Below are positions 16,788 through 25,363 of a stretch of DNA of 44,150 nt, one piece after another. The number at the start of each line of letters is the position of its first letter. Position 1 is the stretch's first letter. Source of the stretch: a virus (lineage: Duplodnaviria > Heunggongvirae > Uroviricota > Caudoviricetes); IMG/VR virus record IMGVR_UViG_3300045988_030968, positions 1-44,150 of that record; one strand, written 5' to 3'. The notes beneath the pieces were generated by a model. It had not been told where the DNA came from, ran no database searches, and saw only the letters and a program-made list of their open reading frames with translations. Both the position numbers and the translations under genes were made by a program.

Positions 16788-17433
16788 AAACGAAGTATTC
16801 GAGTACCTGATTGGCCAGCTACGGCAACACGTAAATAAGAAAGATGTGACATCTTTCAATGTGTCTGTACAGATATCCGACCTTGATGAGGTCAAGCAGG
16901 TAATCCACAATCTACAGCAGCATATCGCTGGTAAGGACGACGAAATACGTATGCTGAAAGACAGTTTACAGAAGCAGCTACCCGTCGTAGATGTAATGGG
17001 CGAAATCAAACGGTGGAGTATTGACCGTAGTATTGCTGACCGCGGCAACTATACCGACGAGGAAAACGCCATAATCGATGCTTGCATCGGCCTGGAGCAC
17101 AACCCCTACAAGCAACAGTGCGAAGACCTGGCGCATGAGGTGCAGTCACTTAAGAATCAGTTACGTGATGCATCGGCGCAGATTAAGGAGTTGCATATGG
17201 CGCTGGTTCGGGCTACTGGCGATGCAGAGGCTTACAAACTTGTGTGCAAACAGGAGCAATCCGGTTGCCGTAAGGAAGACACTCAGGAATGCTGTCACGA
17301 GTTTGTGCACAGCAAACATAAAAGCGGTTTAGTTTGCTTTAAGTGTGGGGCGCGCAAAGAGTGTGAGCACGAATGGCAATTTTACGGAGTCGGGTTTCCA
17401 TGTATGTGCCTTAAATGCGGGCTAAAGAAATGA
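16777..17433 (+). CDS. Coiled-coil protein with C-terminal Cys/His zinc-ribbon-like cluster
   Basis: 218 aa; heptad-rich middle; C-terminus CCHEF...CFKCG...CMCLKCG. Confidence 0.55.
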   Translation: MNSKNEVFEYLIGQLRQHVNKKDVTSFNVSVQISDLDEVKQVIHNLQQHIAGKDDEIRMLKDSLQKQLPVVDVMGEIKRWSIDRSIADRGNYTDEENAIIDACIGLEHNPYKQQCEDLAHEVQSLKNQLRDASAQIKELHMALVRATGDAEAYKLVCKQEQSGCRKEDTQECCHEFVHSKHKSGLVCFKCGARKECEHEWQFYGVGFPCMCLKCGLKK

Positions 17434-17633
17434 CCAGCATCTTATTTATCTGGGTATTGTCCGCAGGCCAGATGCAACTAGCGGCATCAGAAACGTTTTA
17501 CTCGATGGAGGCGTGCCAGTCAGCGGCACGCGCCGCAGAGAACGCGCACTTCCTGTTTCAGGGTGACAAGCCTAATGATTCAGAGGTACGCGCTATCTGC
17601 GCACCTAAGCGACTTGGTAAACAGGAGAAATAA
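17430..17633 (+). CDS. Small protein with N-terminal signal-peptide-like segment
   Basis: MTSILFIWVLSAGQMQLAASE; ATG overlaps upstream stop (ATGA). Confidence 0.45.
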   Translation: MTSILFIWVLSAGQMQLAASETFYSMEACQSAARAAENAHFLFQGDKPNDSEVRAICAPKRLGKQEK

Positions 17634-17926
17634 TGACTCTTGCAACTGACATCCTGAAACGAAGCGGCCTTGCGCCGCTGTCGCCGAGAGCTAAAACACA
17701 GATATACAAGCGTCGAGGTAACGCGCTGTACCCTGAGATTCAGGCCAGACGTAAGGCGGTACGCGCCTGTGGATTCCAGAACGGGAAGGCCGTGAATCTC
17801 GGTGAGTTTAAAACACAGGAACGCGCCGCTATCGCTAATCGGTTATTTAATTACTGGAAATCGCTGGGGTATGAAGATATTCCGACTAAACCACAGAGAC
17901 GACAATACATCTGGAGGCACAAATGA
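17633..17926 (+). CDS. Hypothetical basic protein
   Basis: 97 aa; ATG overlaps upstream stop. Confidence 0.5.
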   Translation: MTLATDILKRSGLAPLSPRAKTQIYKRRGNALYPEIQARRKAVRACGFQNGKAVNLGEFKTQERAAIANRLFNYWKSLGYEDIPTKPQRRQYIWRHK

Positions 17927-18363
17927 CTACTATCGCGTTCGACGGAAAGACAATGGCCTGTGACACGCGTGTTGTGTGCGGAAGTAACTGTTACAACACA
18001 GACACGAAGATATACGAGAATGATTTTGTTGTTATCGGGGCGGCTGGTGATGCCGGAGTAGGGGATATTCTCGTTGGTGATCGAGGAATTTTAGTACCTA
18101 AGCACTATGACTTCGATTTCGAAGCTCTGGTATTCGTGAAAGACACAGAAAAGGTGTATAAAGTCGCGTTCTACAAATCGTGGGATTGCGCACTTAGTTC
18201 AGTTATTCCAATCGCTGATAGCTTTGCTGCCGTAGGCTCCGGTTCTCCTTATGCATTAGCGGCTATGGAGTGCGAATATTCGGCGCATGGCGGAGTGGCC
18301 GTTGCATCGAAGTTTGACACTAACACCGGCGGCAAGATTATTACCAAACAACTATTAGGATAA
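17923..18363 (+). CDS. HslV / proteasome-beta-like Ntn-hydrolase (T1 peptidase fold)
   Basis: 146 aa; N-terminal MTTIAFDG (Thr nucleophile after Met), KIYENDFVVIGAAGDAG, and AVGSGSPYALAA matching HslV GSGGPYA region; GGAGG RBS. Confidence 0.6.
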   Translation: MTTIAFDGKTMACDTRVVCGSNCYNTDTKIYENDFVVIGAAGDAGVGDILVGDRGILVPKHYDFDFEALVFVKDTEKVYKVAFYKSWDCALSSVIPIADSFAAVGSGSPYALAAMECEYSAHGGVAVASKFDTNTGGKIITKQLLG

Positions 18364-18422
18364 TTCCTACCCGTGGTATCCTCCAGTTACTGCATACTTA
18401 ATACGCACCTGGAGGATTCATC

Positions 18423-18731
18423 TTGGATAAATTTACTGAAACAGTGACAGGCTGGCTTCTCGCTGCCGCACTCGCCGGAGGGGTAATCGGACTACGGCAG
18501 CATAAGTCCGTTATTTCTGGCCCTATCGACGGCTTCTGCTTTATCGCAACTGGCTTCACTTGCGCCGTATTTGGGGCACCTCTCGCGGCTCAATGGTTCG
18601 GTATCACTGGCGACCGTGAAATCGCTGGTCTGGGCTTTATCATCGCTATTCTCTGGATGCCTATCTATTCCCGTCTCTCCGGTATCGTCGCCGGAGAATA
18701 CATCGCACGTCGAGGAGGCCCAGATGAATGA
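18423..18731 (+). CDS. Membrane protein, putative holin
   Basis: 102 aa, three hydrophobic segments; TTG start 6 nt after GGAGGA; immediately upstream of endolysin. Confidence 0.5.
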   Translation: MDKFTETVTGWLLAAALAGGVIGLRQHKSVISGPIDGFCFIATGFTCAVFGAPLAAQWFGITGDREIAGLGFIIAILWMPIYSRLSGIVAGEYIARRGGPDE

Positions 18732-18996
18732 GTTATTCTGGTTCGGCGGTATGCTGGCAATCGGAGGCACATCGCTGTTTAACGTGTATCACCCCCGCGT
18801 TGACGATGGGCTATTTGGCCGGGTGCTCTATATCCTGACCGCTATTGTCTGCGCTGCCGGATGTATCCACCTGTTACAGGGCAGCATGTCACCTACGTTG
18901 CCTGAGACATTAATCACATTAGTTGCGCTGCGTCAGATTCGTCAGGCGTGGCTATCGTACGGAGGACATAAGCGTGTCTCGAAACATTTCAGATAA
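18724..18996 (+). CDS. Second small membrane protein (holin/antiholin candidate)
   Basis: 90 aa from internal ATG of track ORF 18571..18996; two hydrophobic segments; ATG overlaps upstream stop. Confidence 0.45.
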   Translation: MNELFWFGGMLAIGGTSLFNVYHPRVDDGLFGRVLYILTAIVCAAGCIHLLQGSMSPTLPETLITLVALRQIRQAWLSYGGHKRVSKHFR

Positions 18997-19480
18997 TGGG
19001 CTGCATTTCACCGCTGCGTTCGAGGGTTTCCGTGGAACTGCATACAAAGCAACAAAGAACGAAAAACACTGGACTATAGGCTGGGGCCATACCGGGCCTG
19101 ATGTGTACGAAGGGCAGAAGATTACCGAAGGTCAGGGGTTGCTGTTGCTGAACCGCGATATGCAGTGGGCTGTGAAAGCAGTCGATGAAGTCGCGCACCC
19201 ATCGCTGACACAGGCTCAGTTTGACGCCGTTGTTGACCTGGTGTTCAACGCAGGGACTGGCGTGATTGCGGCTACGACAGGGACGGGTAAGGCACTACGG
19301 CGGGGAGACATCCCTACATTACGGCACAAGATGAGTCAGTTCATCAACCAGCGCAACCCGAAAACCGGTAAACTTGAGCCTGTGCTCGGCCTTCGTCGCC
19401 GTACCGCCGGGCGTCTGGCACTGTTCGACGGCAAACCGTGGCGGGAGGCTGAGGCTATCGGGCGCGCGGTGAAAGGTTGA
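18974..19480 (+). CDS. Endolysin, GH24-type lysozyme (muramidase)
   Basis: GLHFTAAFEGFRGTAYKATKNEKHWTIGWGHT catalytic region; GTG 18974 preceded by GGAGGA; track ORF begins 18923. Confidence 0.75.
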   Translation: MSRNISDNGLHFTAAFEGFRGTAYKATKNEKHWTIGWGHTGPDVYEGQKITEGQGLLLLNRDMQWAVKAVDEVAHPSLTQAQFDAVVDLVFNAGTGVIAATTGTGKALRRGDIPTLRHKMSQFINQRNPKTGKLEPVLGLRRRTAGRLALFDGKPWREAEAIGRAVKG

Positions 19481-19545
19481 CACCTAAGACTAATCCGACG
19501 ATACTTAAATCACCTCCTGTTCCATCCCTATGCGCTCCAGTTTTA

Positions 19546-19579
19546 TCCCGGCCCTGACCCAGCCGGGATTTTTTTTTAT
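19546..19579 (+). terminator. Strong rho-independent terminator after lysis genes
   Basis: TCCCGGC-N9-GCCGGGA hairpin followed by a 9-T run. Confidence 0.7.
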
Positions 19580-19599
19580 CTATCCTATGTAATGACTAG

Positions 19600-19628
19600 T
19601 TGACTATTACTTACGACCCTACTATATT
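19600..19628 (+). promoter_or_regulatory. Sigma70-type promoter
   Basis: TTGACT, 17-bp spacer, TATATT; about 34 nt upstream of ATG 19662. Confidence 0.5.
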
Positions 19629-19661
19629 TACTCCATCGACAACGAGAACGGAGTAGAGAAG

Positions 19662-19895
19662 ATGGTTACAGATAAAAGCACCCTTAAACTAAAACTACGA
19701 GACGCGGTTAATTGCTCTTTGTATTCATGTACAGATGCCGAGCAGCGTGAACTTGTAAAACTAACTATAGTAGAGTTCTTCTCTGCAATAGGCATGGAGG
19801 ACAGCGATTACGTCGAAGTGCTTTCTAACTGTGGCGGATTAGATGCAGATACGGACGACGCGGTAGACGAGCTGATTAAGGAATTTGACCAATGA
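19662..19895 (+). CDS. Hypothetical small acidic protein
   Basis: 77 aa; first ORF after promoter 19600. Confidence 0.5.
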   Translation: MVTDKSTLKLKLRDAVNCSLYSCTDAEQRELVKLTIVEFFSAIGMEDSDYVEVLSNCGGLDADTDDAVDELIKEFDQ

Positions 19896-20041
19896 AAATC
19901 ACTGATATCGAAGCATTCAAAGACGCACAACTGATGGCACGCATCGCCGTTGGCAACCTGGGTGGAAGCATTCCTGCGGACTCGTTCTGGGCCGCCGCGA
20001 TGCAGGCACTGAAAGCAGCTTATGCAGGAGAGAAGAAATGA
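19892..20041 (+). CDS. Hypothetical micro-protein (49 aa)
   Basis: ATGA overlaps at both ends; ends ...AYAGEKK. Confidence 0.4.
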   Translation: MKITDIEAFKDAQLMARIAVGNLGGSIPADSFWAAAMQALKAAYAGEKK

Positions 20042-20232
20042 AAAATATAATCCCGGAAGTTGGTGAAGGTTGTTTCGTTGTTTCTTATTTAGACGGAGAT
20101 GAGTACGTTGATTGCGGCCAGTTTCAGCAATCTGAGGATGCAGGGGCTTACGCCGCGAAGCTAGTAGGTACTACGCCACTAGAAGATGTTCGTATCGTAT
20201 TCAATATAGAACTCGCAGGAGAGAAGAAATGA
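20038..20232 (+). CDS. Hypothetical small protein
   Basis: 64 aa; ends ...ELAGEKK using same 18-bp junction sequence as the preceding gene. Confidence 0.5.
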   Translation: MKNIIPEVGEGCFVVSYLDGDEYVDCGQFQQSEDAGAYAAKLVGTTPLEDVRIVFNIELAGEKK

Positions 20233-20387
20233 GCGAACAAGGTCCAGCAAACCAGCCATTACGAGTAGGCCGTAAAGTCAGTCACACCCCGTTCCCGACA
20301 CGCGAGGAACTGATGAAACGCAACAGTTTCCCGGGGCCGGACAAGAACAAGTATCTCAATCGCATGTGGGGAGAGCGTAAAGAATGA
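20229..20387 (+). CDS. Hypothetical micro-protein (52 aa)
   Basis: ATGA overlaps at both ends. Confidence 0.4.
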   Translation: MSEQGPANQPLRVGRKVSHTPFPTREELMKRNSFPGPDKNKYLNRMWGERKE

Positions 20388-20554
20388 AAAAGTTAATTGC
20401 AGATGTTGAGCTTGGTGATGTTATCCGTATTGATGACGCCTACGGCGGCTACGACGTAGTGGTGAAGTGCATCAAGTGGGATTCTATGCTGCCGTTAGTC
20501 ACGATTAACCGTGAAGTCATGTTCGCTAAAACTGATTGGGTAGAGGTTCGATAA
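20384..20554 (+). CDS. Hypothetical micro-protein (56 aa)
   Basis: ATGA overlap upstream; TAATG overlap downstream. Confidence 0.4.
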   Translation: MKKLIADVELGDVIRIDDAYGGYDVVVKCIKWDSMLPLVTINREVMFAKTDWVEVR

Positions 20555-20727
20555 TGACTAACAACGAATACGAGAAACTTAGCGTAGAAGCGGCGACCGG
20601 TGAATCTGAAATAGCGTGGATTGACGCCAACATCGAGCACTACCTACGGCAAGTAGACATCCTTATGGAACGCCGCCGCGAACTTATCAATCGCTTCAAC
20701 CTTAACAAAGGTGATACCAATGCCTAA
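20554..20727 (+). CDS. Hypothetical small protein
   Basis: Internal ATG of track ORF 20536..20727. Confidence 0.45.
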   Translation: MTNNEYEKLSVEAATGESEIAWIDANIEHYLRQVDILMERRRELINRFNLNKGDTNA

Positions 20728-20959
20728 AATCACAATCGCATCACTCGAGCGTCGTATTCTGGTGCTTGAGTCGGAGAGACAGACGTTAGGCGGGCAACTG
20801 TCAATTAACGGTGAGTTTCAACTGGAGGCGTTTAAGTTGCTTCTTGATAAGTTGAAGGCGGACGAGACGCCTTGCGAGCACGATTACTGCCTACATGTGG
20901 TCGGTGGATTACATCGAGTCACGTGCATTAAATGTGGTAAAGCGTATGGAGTCGCCTAA
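20720..20959 (+). CDS. Hypothetical small protein with C-terminal Cys/His cluster
   Basis: CEHDYCLH...CIKCG. Confidence 0.5.
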   Translation: MPKITIASLERRILVLESERQTLGGQLSINGEFQLEAFKLLLDKLKADETPCEHDYCLHVVGGLHRVTCIKCGKAYGVA

Positions 20960-21128
20960 ACCAGTAGTTATCGATGGCGTCCTGTGGAAACCCTACTCGG
21001 TTAACCACATCGACGCCGACGGGAAGAAGTTCAGCTTCTACATTTTTGCAATTAGCCGTGAGCACGCCGCTTGTGTGGTTGACGATATACGTGAAACGGC
21101 GTGGCTTGGCGATGAGATAGTGGGGTGA
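20946..21128 (+). CDS. Hypothetical small protein
   Basis: Internal ATG of track ORF 20895..21128. Confidence 0.4.
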   Translation: MESPKPVVIDGVLWKPYSVNHIDADGKKFSFYIFAISREHAACVVDDIRETAWLGDEIVG

Positions 21129-21130
21129 GT

Positions 21131-21361
21131 ATGTTTCACGAACTAAAGATATTACCTGAGCATTTTGAGCCTGTTCTGGCTGGCATTAAACTGGCGGAAC
21201 TGCGGTTAAACGACCGCGACTTCAAGGAAGATGACACTCTGTGCCTGCGAGAATACGAAAACGGTGAATACACAGGCCGTATCGTTTACCGCCGCGTTAT
21301 TCATGTTGCTGACGTAGGGGCTTACCTACCAGGGTACGTGCTATTAAGTATGGAGGATTGA
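21131..21361 (+). CDS. DUF3850 / ASCH-like small protein
   Basis: MFHELKILPEHFEPVLAGIK...LRLNDRDF...LREYENGEYTGR pattern. Confidence 0.6.
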   Translation: MFHELKILPEHFEPVLAGIKLAELRLNDRDFKEDDTLCLREYENGEYTGRIVYRRVIHVADVGAYLPGYVLLSMED

Positions 21362-21363
21362 TT

Positions 21364-21534
21364 ATGTTCAGTGACATCAACGCGGCAATCGAAGAAGCAA
21401 TCTGGCGTCGCTACAATGGCGAGCAGCAACGGCACTTCTGCCTGGTGCAACGCGGTAACATGATTGCCGTAGTGCAGGACCGCAATAACAAATATCCGAA
21501 TGCGATGTGGACAACGAGGAATTTCTTAGGATGA
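21364..21534 (+). CDS. Hypothetical micro-protein (56 aa)
   Basis: ATG 3 nt after upstream stop; ATGA overlap downstream. Confidence 0.4.
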   Translation: MFSDINAAIEEAIWRRYNGEQQRHFCLVQRGNMIAVVQDRNNKYPNAMWTTRNFLG

Positions 21535-21767
21535 TTACCAGCATTCCGAACCTGATTAAAGAATACGGCACGATGGCCGAGACTTGCCGACAAACCGGTA
21601 TCAACGAAATGACGATTGCGAAGTACAGCAAAGACGTTAACTGTGAGCGCCACGTAATTTATAACAACCGTCTGATGACGCACGTTAAGACCAGCCCGAT
21701 GTTATTTACGCGCCGTGGTATCACTAAAACTGAGCAACGCATTGCGCGAGAGTGGAGCGTGGAATGA
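21531..21767 (+). CDS. Hypothetical small protein (possible HTH regulator)
   Basis: TMAETCRQTGINEMTIAKYSKD helix-turn-helix-like segment; last but one gene before late operon. Confidence 0.4.
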   Translation: MITSIPNLIKEYGTMAETCRQTGINEMTIAKYSKDVNCERHVIYNNRLMTHVKTSPMLFTRRGITKTEQRIAREWSVE

Positions 21768-21913
21768 TTGAATTCGATGACGTTTCATTCACGGAGAACG
21801 TAGACAGGGTTGTTTTAATTGTTTCCTGGGGCCATTACGCGAAAGCATTCGAAGGCGACACGAAAGCCGATTGTATAAATCAATTACTGCAATGGGTGGC
21901 AAGCCGAAAATAA
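21764..21913 (+). CDS. Hypothetical micro-protein (49 aa)
   Basis: ATGA overlap; followed by terminator. Confidence 0.4.
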   Translation: MIEFDDVSFTENVDRVVLIVSWGHYAKAFEGDTKADCINQLLQWVASRK

Positions 21914-21923
21914 CCACACCACA

Positions 21924-21946
21924 AGCCCTCTACGGAGGGCTTTTCT
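21924..21946 (+). terminator. Rho-independent terminator ending the small-ORF unit
   Basis: AGCCCTC-TACG-GAGGGCT followed by TTTTCT. Confidence 0.65.
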
Positions 21947-22040
21947 GTACATCCCGCCCAATCCCCTTATATAATCCAATTAGACGCGTAGGGCGCGTCT
22001 GGTGCGCTCTGATGGTCAGACGCATATGCAAGGGGATTCT

Positions 22041-22586
22041 ATGAAGCTGAAACTTAAGCAGCCATCGCCAGAGGTGGTGCAAGCTGCACATGAAGAAGCT
22101 GTTAGCGCAAACCGTCGCCGTAAACGACCGCGCGGTAAACAGAGCCTTTATCAATCATCCCGTAATTCCGCCGCGTTGTGGGACCCGGACTATTGCGACG
22201 AATTGATTCGATTCTTCGACCGCACGTCATGGGAACTTGTACCCACGTCCAAAGGCGACGAACGCCCGCTGATTCAGGATAAACCACCGTCACTGGCCCG
22301 CTTTGCCTTACACATCGGCGTCACTATCCCGATTATCAAGCTGTGGCTGCGTGAGATTCCCGCATTTGCAGAAGCATATGAAACAGCACAGGCGCTGGAA
22401 GAGGCGTACTTCACTGAGACCGGGGCGGCAGGCATCTCTGCCACATTTGCCGCGGCTAAGTTGGGCCTCGGAAAAGAGAAACCGGTTGAATCAACCGAAG
22501 AAACGGCGCCGACTGAGATTATTTTCAGTGTTGCAGAGCCTGTAGGTAAAATCGTAACAACGAACATGGGCGAGGTAGAGGAATGA
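22041..22586 (+). CDS. Terminase small subunit
   Basis: Position immediately upstream of large terminase; HTH-like PSLARFALHIGVTIPIIKLWLREIP; AAGGGGA RBS. Confidence 0.6.
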   Translation: MKLKLKQPSPEVVQAAHEEAVSANRRRKRPRGKQSLYQSSRNSAALWDPDYCDELIRFFDRTSWELVPTSKGDERPLIQDKPPSLARFALHIGVTIPIIKLWLREIPAFAEAYETAQALEEAYFTETGAAGISATFAAAKLGLGKEKPVESTEETAPTEIIFSVAEPVGKIVTTNMGEVEE

Positions 22587-23833
22587 GTATCCAGCTATCC
22601 GCACCCCAGGCGCTGTTCCTGAATTGCGATAACAAGTACAAGGCCTACGTCGGCGGCTTCGGTAGCGGCAAGACGTTTGTCGGCTGTCTGGACCTGCTTA
22701 CGTTTATGCTCAAGCATCCAGGTACGCGCCTGGGATACTTTGGGCCGACGTACCCAGCTATACGCGACATCTTCTACCCAACATTTGAAGAAGCGGCTAA
22801 CCTCCTCGGCCTCGATGTTCTGGTTAAATCTGGAGACAAAGAAGTCGTTGTCACTCGCGGTAAGACGGTGCTGGGAACTGTTATCTGCCGCTCGATGGAT
22901 AACCCTGGTTCGATTGTGGGCTTCAAAATCGCGGCTGCGGTCGTCGACGAGTTGGACGTATTGAGCCGTGAAAAGGCGGAGCTGGCGTGGAACAAAATAG
23001 TAGCCCGTATGCGTCTGGTTATTCCTGGCGTAACCAACCACATCTCCGTCACCACAACGCCGGAAGGGTTCAAGTTCGTCTTTGCCAAGTTCAAAGATAA
23101 CCCGACACCGAGTTACTCAATGGTGCAGGCTTCAACACACGAGAATGCGCGGTTCCTGCCGCCGGATTACATTAGCTCGCTGACCGAGACCTACCCGGCG
23201 CAACTGATTAACGCATACCTTAACGGTGAGTTCGTTAACCTGACATCCGGCAGCGTGTATTACGCCTACGACCGCCACAAGCACCGCAGCAAAGAGACAA
23301 TCCAGCCAGGCGACACACTGTACATCGGGCAGGACTTCAACGTTACGAAGAACGCCAGCGCTGTGTATGTGCAACGTAAGGATGGCTGGCACGCGGTAGC
23401 GGAACTGAAAGGCCTGTTCGATACGCCAGATACTGTGCGCGTCATTACCGAGAAGTGGAAGTCACAGGGGCACCGCATCGTCGTTTACCCCGACGCCAGC
23501 GGCAAGAACCGTAAAACCAACTCGGCGTCAATATCTGATATAGCGTTACTCCAGCAGGCGGGGTTTGATGTTCGCGCTAAATCTGCCAACCCCCCGGTTA
23601 AAGACCGTGTTTTAGCCGTGAATACCGCACTGGAAAAAGGTAAGCTGTGGGTTAATGACCACTTATGCCCTGAGATAGCGAAGACGCTGGAGCAGCAGGC
23701 ATACGACGATAACGGGGAGCCATCCAAAGACGGCATCATCGACCATATGGCGGATGCTCTCGGCTATCCTGTAGTCTACGAGATGCCGGTGGTTAAACCA
23801 GTAATCAACATCCCGGTGACTTTCGCACTTTAA
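22583..23833 (+). CDS. Terminase large subunit
   Basis: 416 aa; Walker A GGFGSGKT; ATGA overlap with small subunit. Confidence 0.85.
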   Translation: MSIQLSAPQALFLNCDNKYKAYVGGFGSGKTFVGCLDLLTFMLKHPGTRLGYFGPTYPAIRDIFYPTFEEAANLLGLDVLVKSGDKEVVVTRGKTVLGTVICRSMDNPGSIVGFKIAAAVVDELDVLSREKAELAWNKIVARMRLVIPGVTNHISVTTTPEGFKFVFAKFKDNPTPSYSMVQASTHENARFLPPDYISSLTETYPAQLINAYLNGEFVNLTSGSVYYAYDRHKHRSKETIQPGDTLYIGQDFNVTKNASAVYVQRKDGWHAVAELKGLFDTPDTVRVITEKWKSQGHRIVVYPDASGKNRKTNSASISDIALLQQAGFDVRAKSANPPVKDRVLAVNTALEKGKLWVNDHLCPEIAKTLEQQAYDDNGEPSKDGIIDHMADALGYPVVYEMPVVKPVINIPVTFAL

Positions 23834-23845
23834 GAGGATTATTCA

Positions 23846-25327
23846 ATGTTAACTATGAACGGTCAGAATCAGGGTGTTAAGACAAAACACCGGGAATGGC
23901 TGCATCACTTCGATAAATGGCAGAAGGTACGCCACGCTCTGGAAGGCGACCTTATCCGTTATCTGCGCAATGTCGGGAAGAACGAACCCGACCCGACCTA
24001 CGCGGCGCAGCGCCAGGAAGAATATGAGAACGGCGCTATCTGCTACAACTTCACTAAACGTACCCTGGCGGGGATGGTCGGCAGTGTCATGCGCAAAGAC
24101 CCCGAGCAGATTATTCCGCCTGAACTGGAATACCTGTTACGTAATGCGGACGGTTCGGGTGTCGGTCTGTGGCAGCACGCGCAGGATACGTTAATGGAGA
24201 TTGACTCGGTGGGCCGTGGTGCGTTGCTGGTTGACGCGCCGGAGACCGCCGCGGCAACGGCGGCAGAGCAGAACGCAGGGTTATTAAACCCGGTCATCGC
24301 ATTCTACACCGCAGAGAACATCATCAACTGGCGACTGACCCGCATCGGTTCGGTTAACCGTGTGACAATGGTCGTGCTGCGGGAGATGTGGGAATACTCA
24401 GAACCGGGTGCAGAGTTTGAAACCAAGTTCGGTGAGCAATACCGCGTTCTCGATTTGATTGACGGTCGTTACCGTCAGCGCATTTACCGCTTCGATGCCG
24501 AAGGTGGCGCGCAGGATGAAGTAATCGAAATCTTCCCGGAACTCGGCGAACAGTTACGCGGCAAAATCCCGTTCACGTTCATCGGGGCAAGCAACAACGA
24601 TGCGACCATCGACGACGCCCCTTTGCTGCCGTTGGCTGAGCTAAATATCGGGCATTTCCGTAACAGCGCGGACAATGAGGAGTCCAGTTTCGTTGTGGGC
24701 CAGCCCACTCTGTTCATCGCCCCGGGCGAGAACATGAGCATGGAACAGTGGAAAGAAGCCAACCCTCACGGCGTGCACATGGGGTCACGTTCAGGTCATA
24801 ACATCGGCTACGGCGGCAATGCGTTTCTGATTCAGGCGGGAGAGAATAATCTCGCTAAGCAGAACATGCTGGATAAAGAGAATCAGGCCATCCAGATTGG
24901 TGCACAACTTATCACTCCGACGCAGCAAATCACCGCCGAATCTGCCCGCCTGCAACGCGGCGCGGATACGTCAGTTATGGCAACAATTGCTCGTAACGTA
25001 AGCATGGCGTATACAGATGCTTTGCGCTGGGTGGCGGCGATGCTTGGGCTGCGTGAAGCCACAGAGATTGAGTTCAAACTGAACATGGAGTTCTTCCTGC
25101 AACCGATGACCGCTCAGGACCGCGCTCAGTGGATGGCCGATATTAACGCGGGCCTGTTACCCGCTACGGCATATTACGCGGCATTGCGTAAGGCGGGTGT
25201 AACTGACTGGACTGACGAGGACATTCAGAACGCTATTGAGGACGCGCCGCTGCCGTTGGGCGCGGTTACTCAGGTAGCGGGAGAAATTCCACAGTCAGCA
25301 CAGCAACAAAACACCGCTCAGCAGTAA
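23846..25327 (+). CDS. Portal protein
   Basis: 493 aa directly after terminase; AAGAGGA RBS. Confidence 0.65.
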   Translation: MLTMNGQNQGVKTKHREWLHHFDKWQKVRHALEGDLIRYLRNVGKNEPDPTYAAQRQEEYENGAICYNFTKRTLAGMVGSVMRKDPEQIIPPELEYLLRNADGSGVGLWQHAQDTLMEIDSVGRGALLVDAPETAAATAAEQNAGLLNPVIAFYTAENIINWRLTRIGSVNRVTMVVLREMWEYSEPGAEFETKFGEQYRVLDLIDGRYRQRIYRFDAEGGAQDEVIEIFPELGEQLRGKIPFTFIGASNNDATIDDAPLLPLAELNIGHFRNSADNEESSFVVGQPTLFIAPGENMSMEQWKEANPHGVHMGSRSGHNIGYGGNAFLIQAGENNLAKQNMLDKENQAIQIGAQLITPTQQITAESARLQRGADTSVMATIARNVSMAYTDALRWVAAMLGLREATEIEFKLNMEFFLQPMTAQDRAQWMADINAGLLPATAYYAALRKAGVTDWTDEDIQNAIEDAPLPLGAVTQVAGEIPQSAQQQNTAQQ

Positions 25328-25363
25328 GTTCACATATAGCCCCGAAAGGGGCTTTCTTATAGT

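Noticed and set aside
18571-18996. Long form (141 aa) of the second membrane-protein ORF
   Set aside because: Its N-terminal part overlaps the holin-like gene in another frame; the internal ATG at 18724, which overlaps the upstream stop, is preferred.
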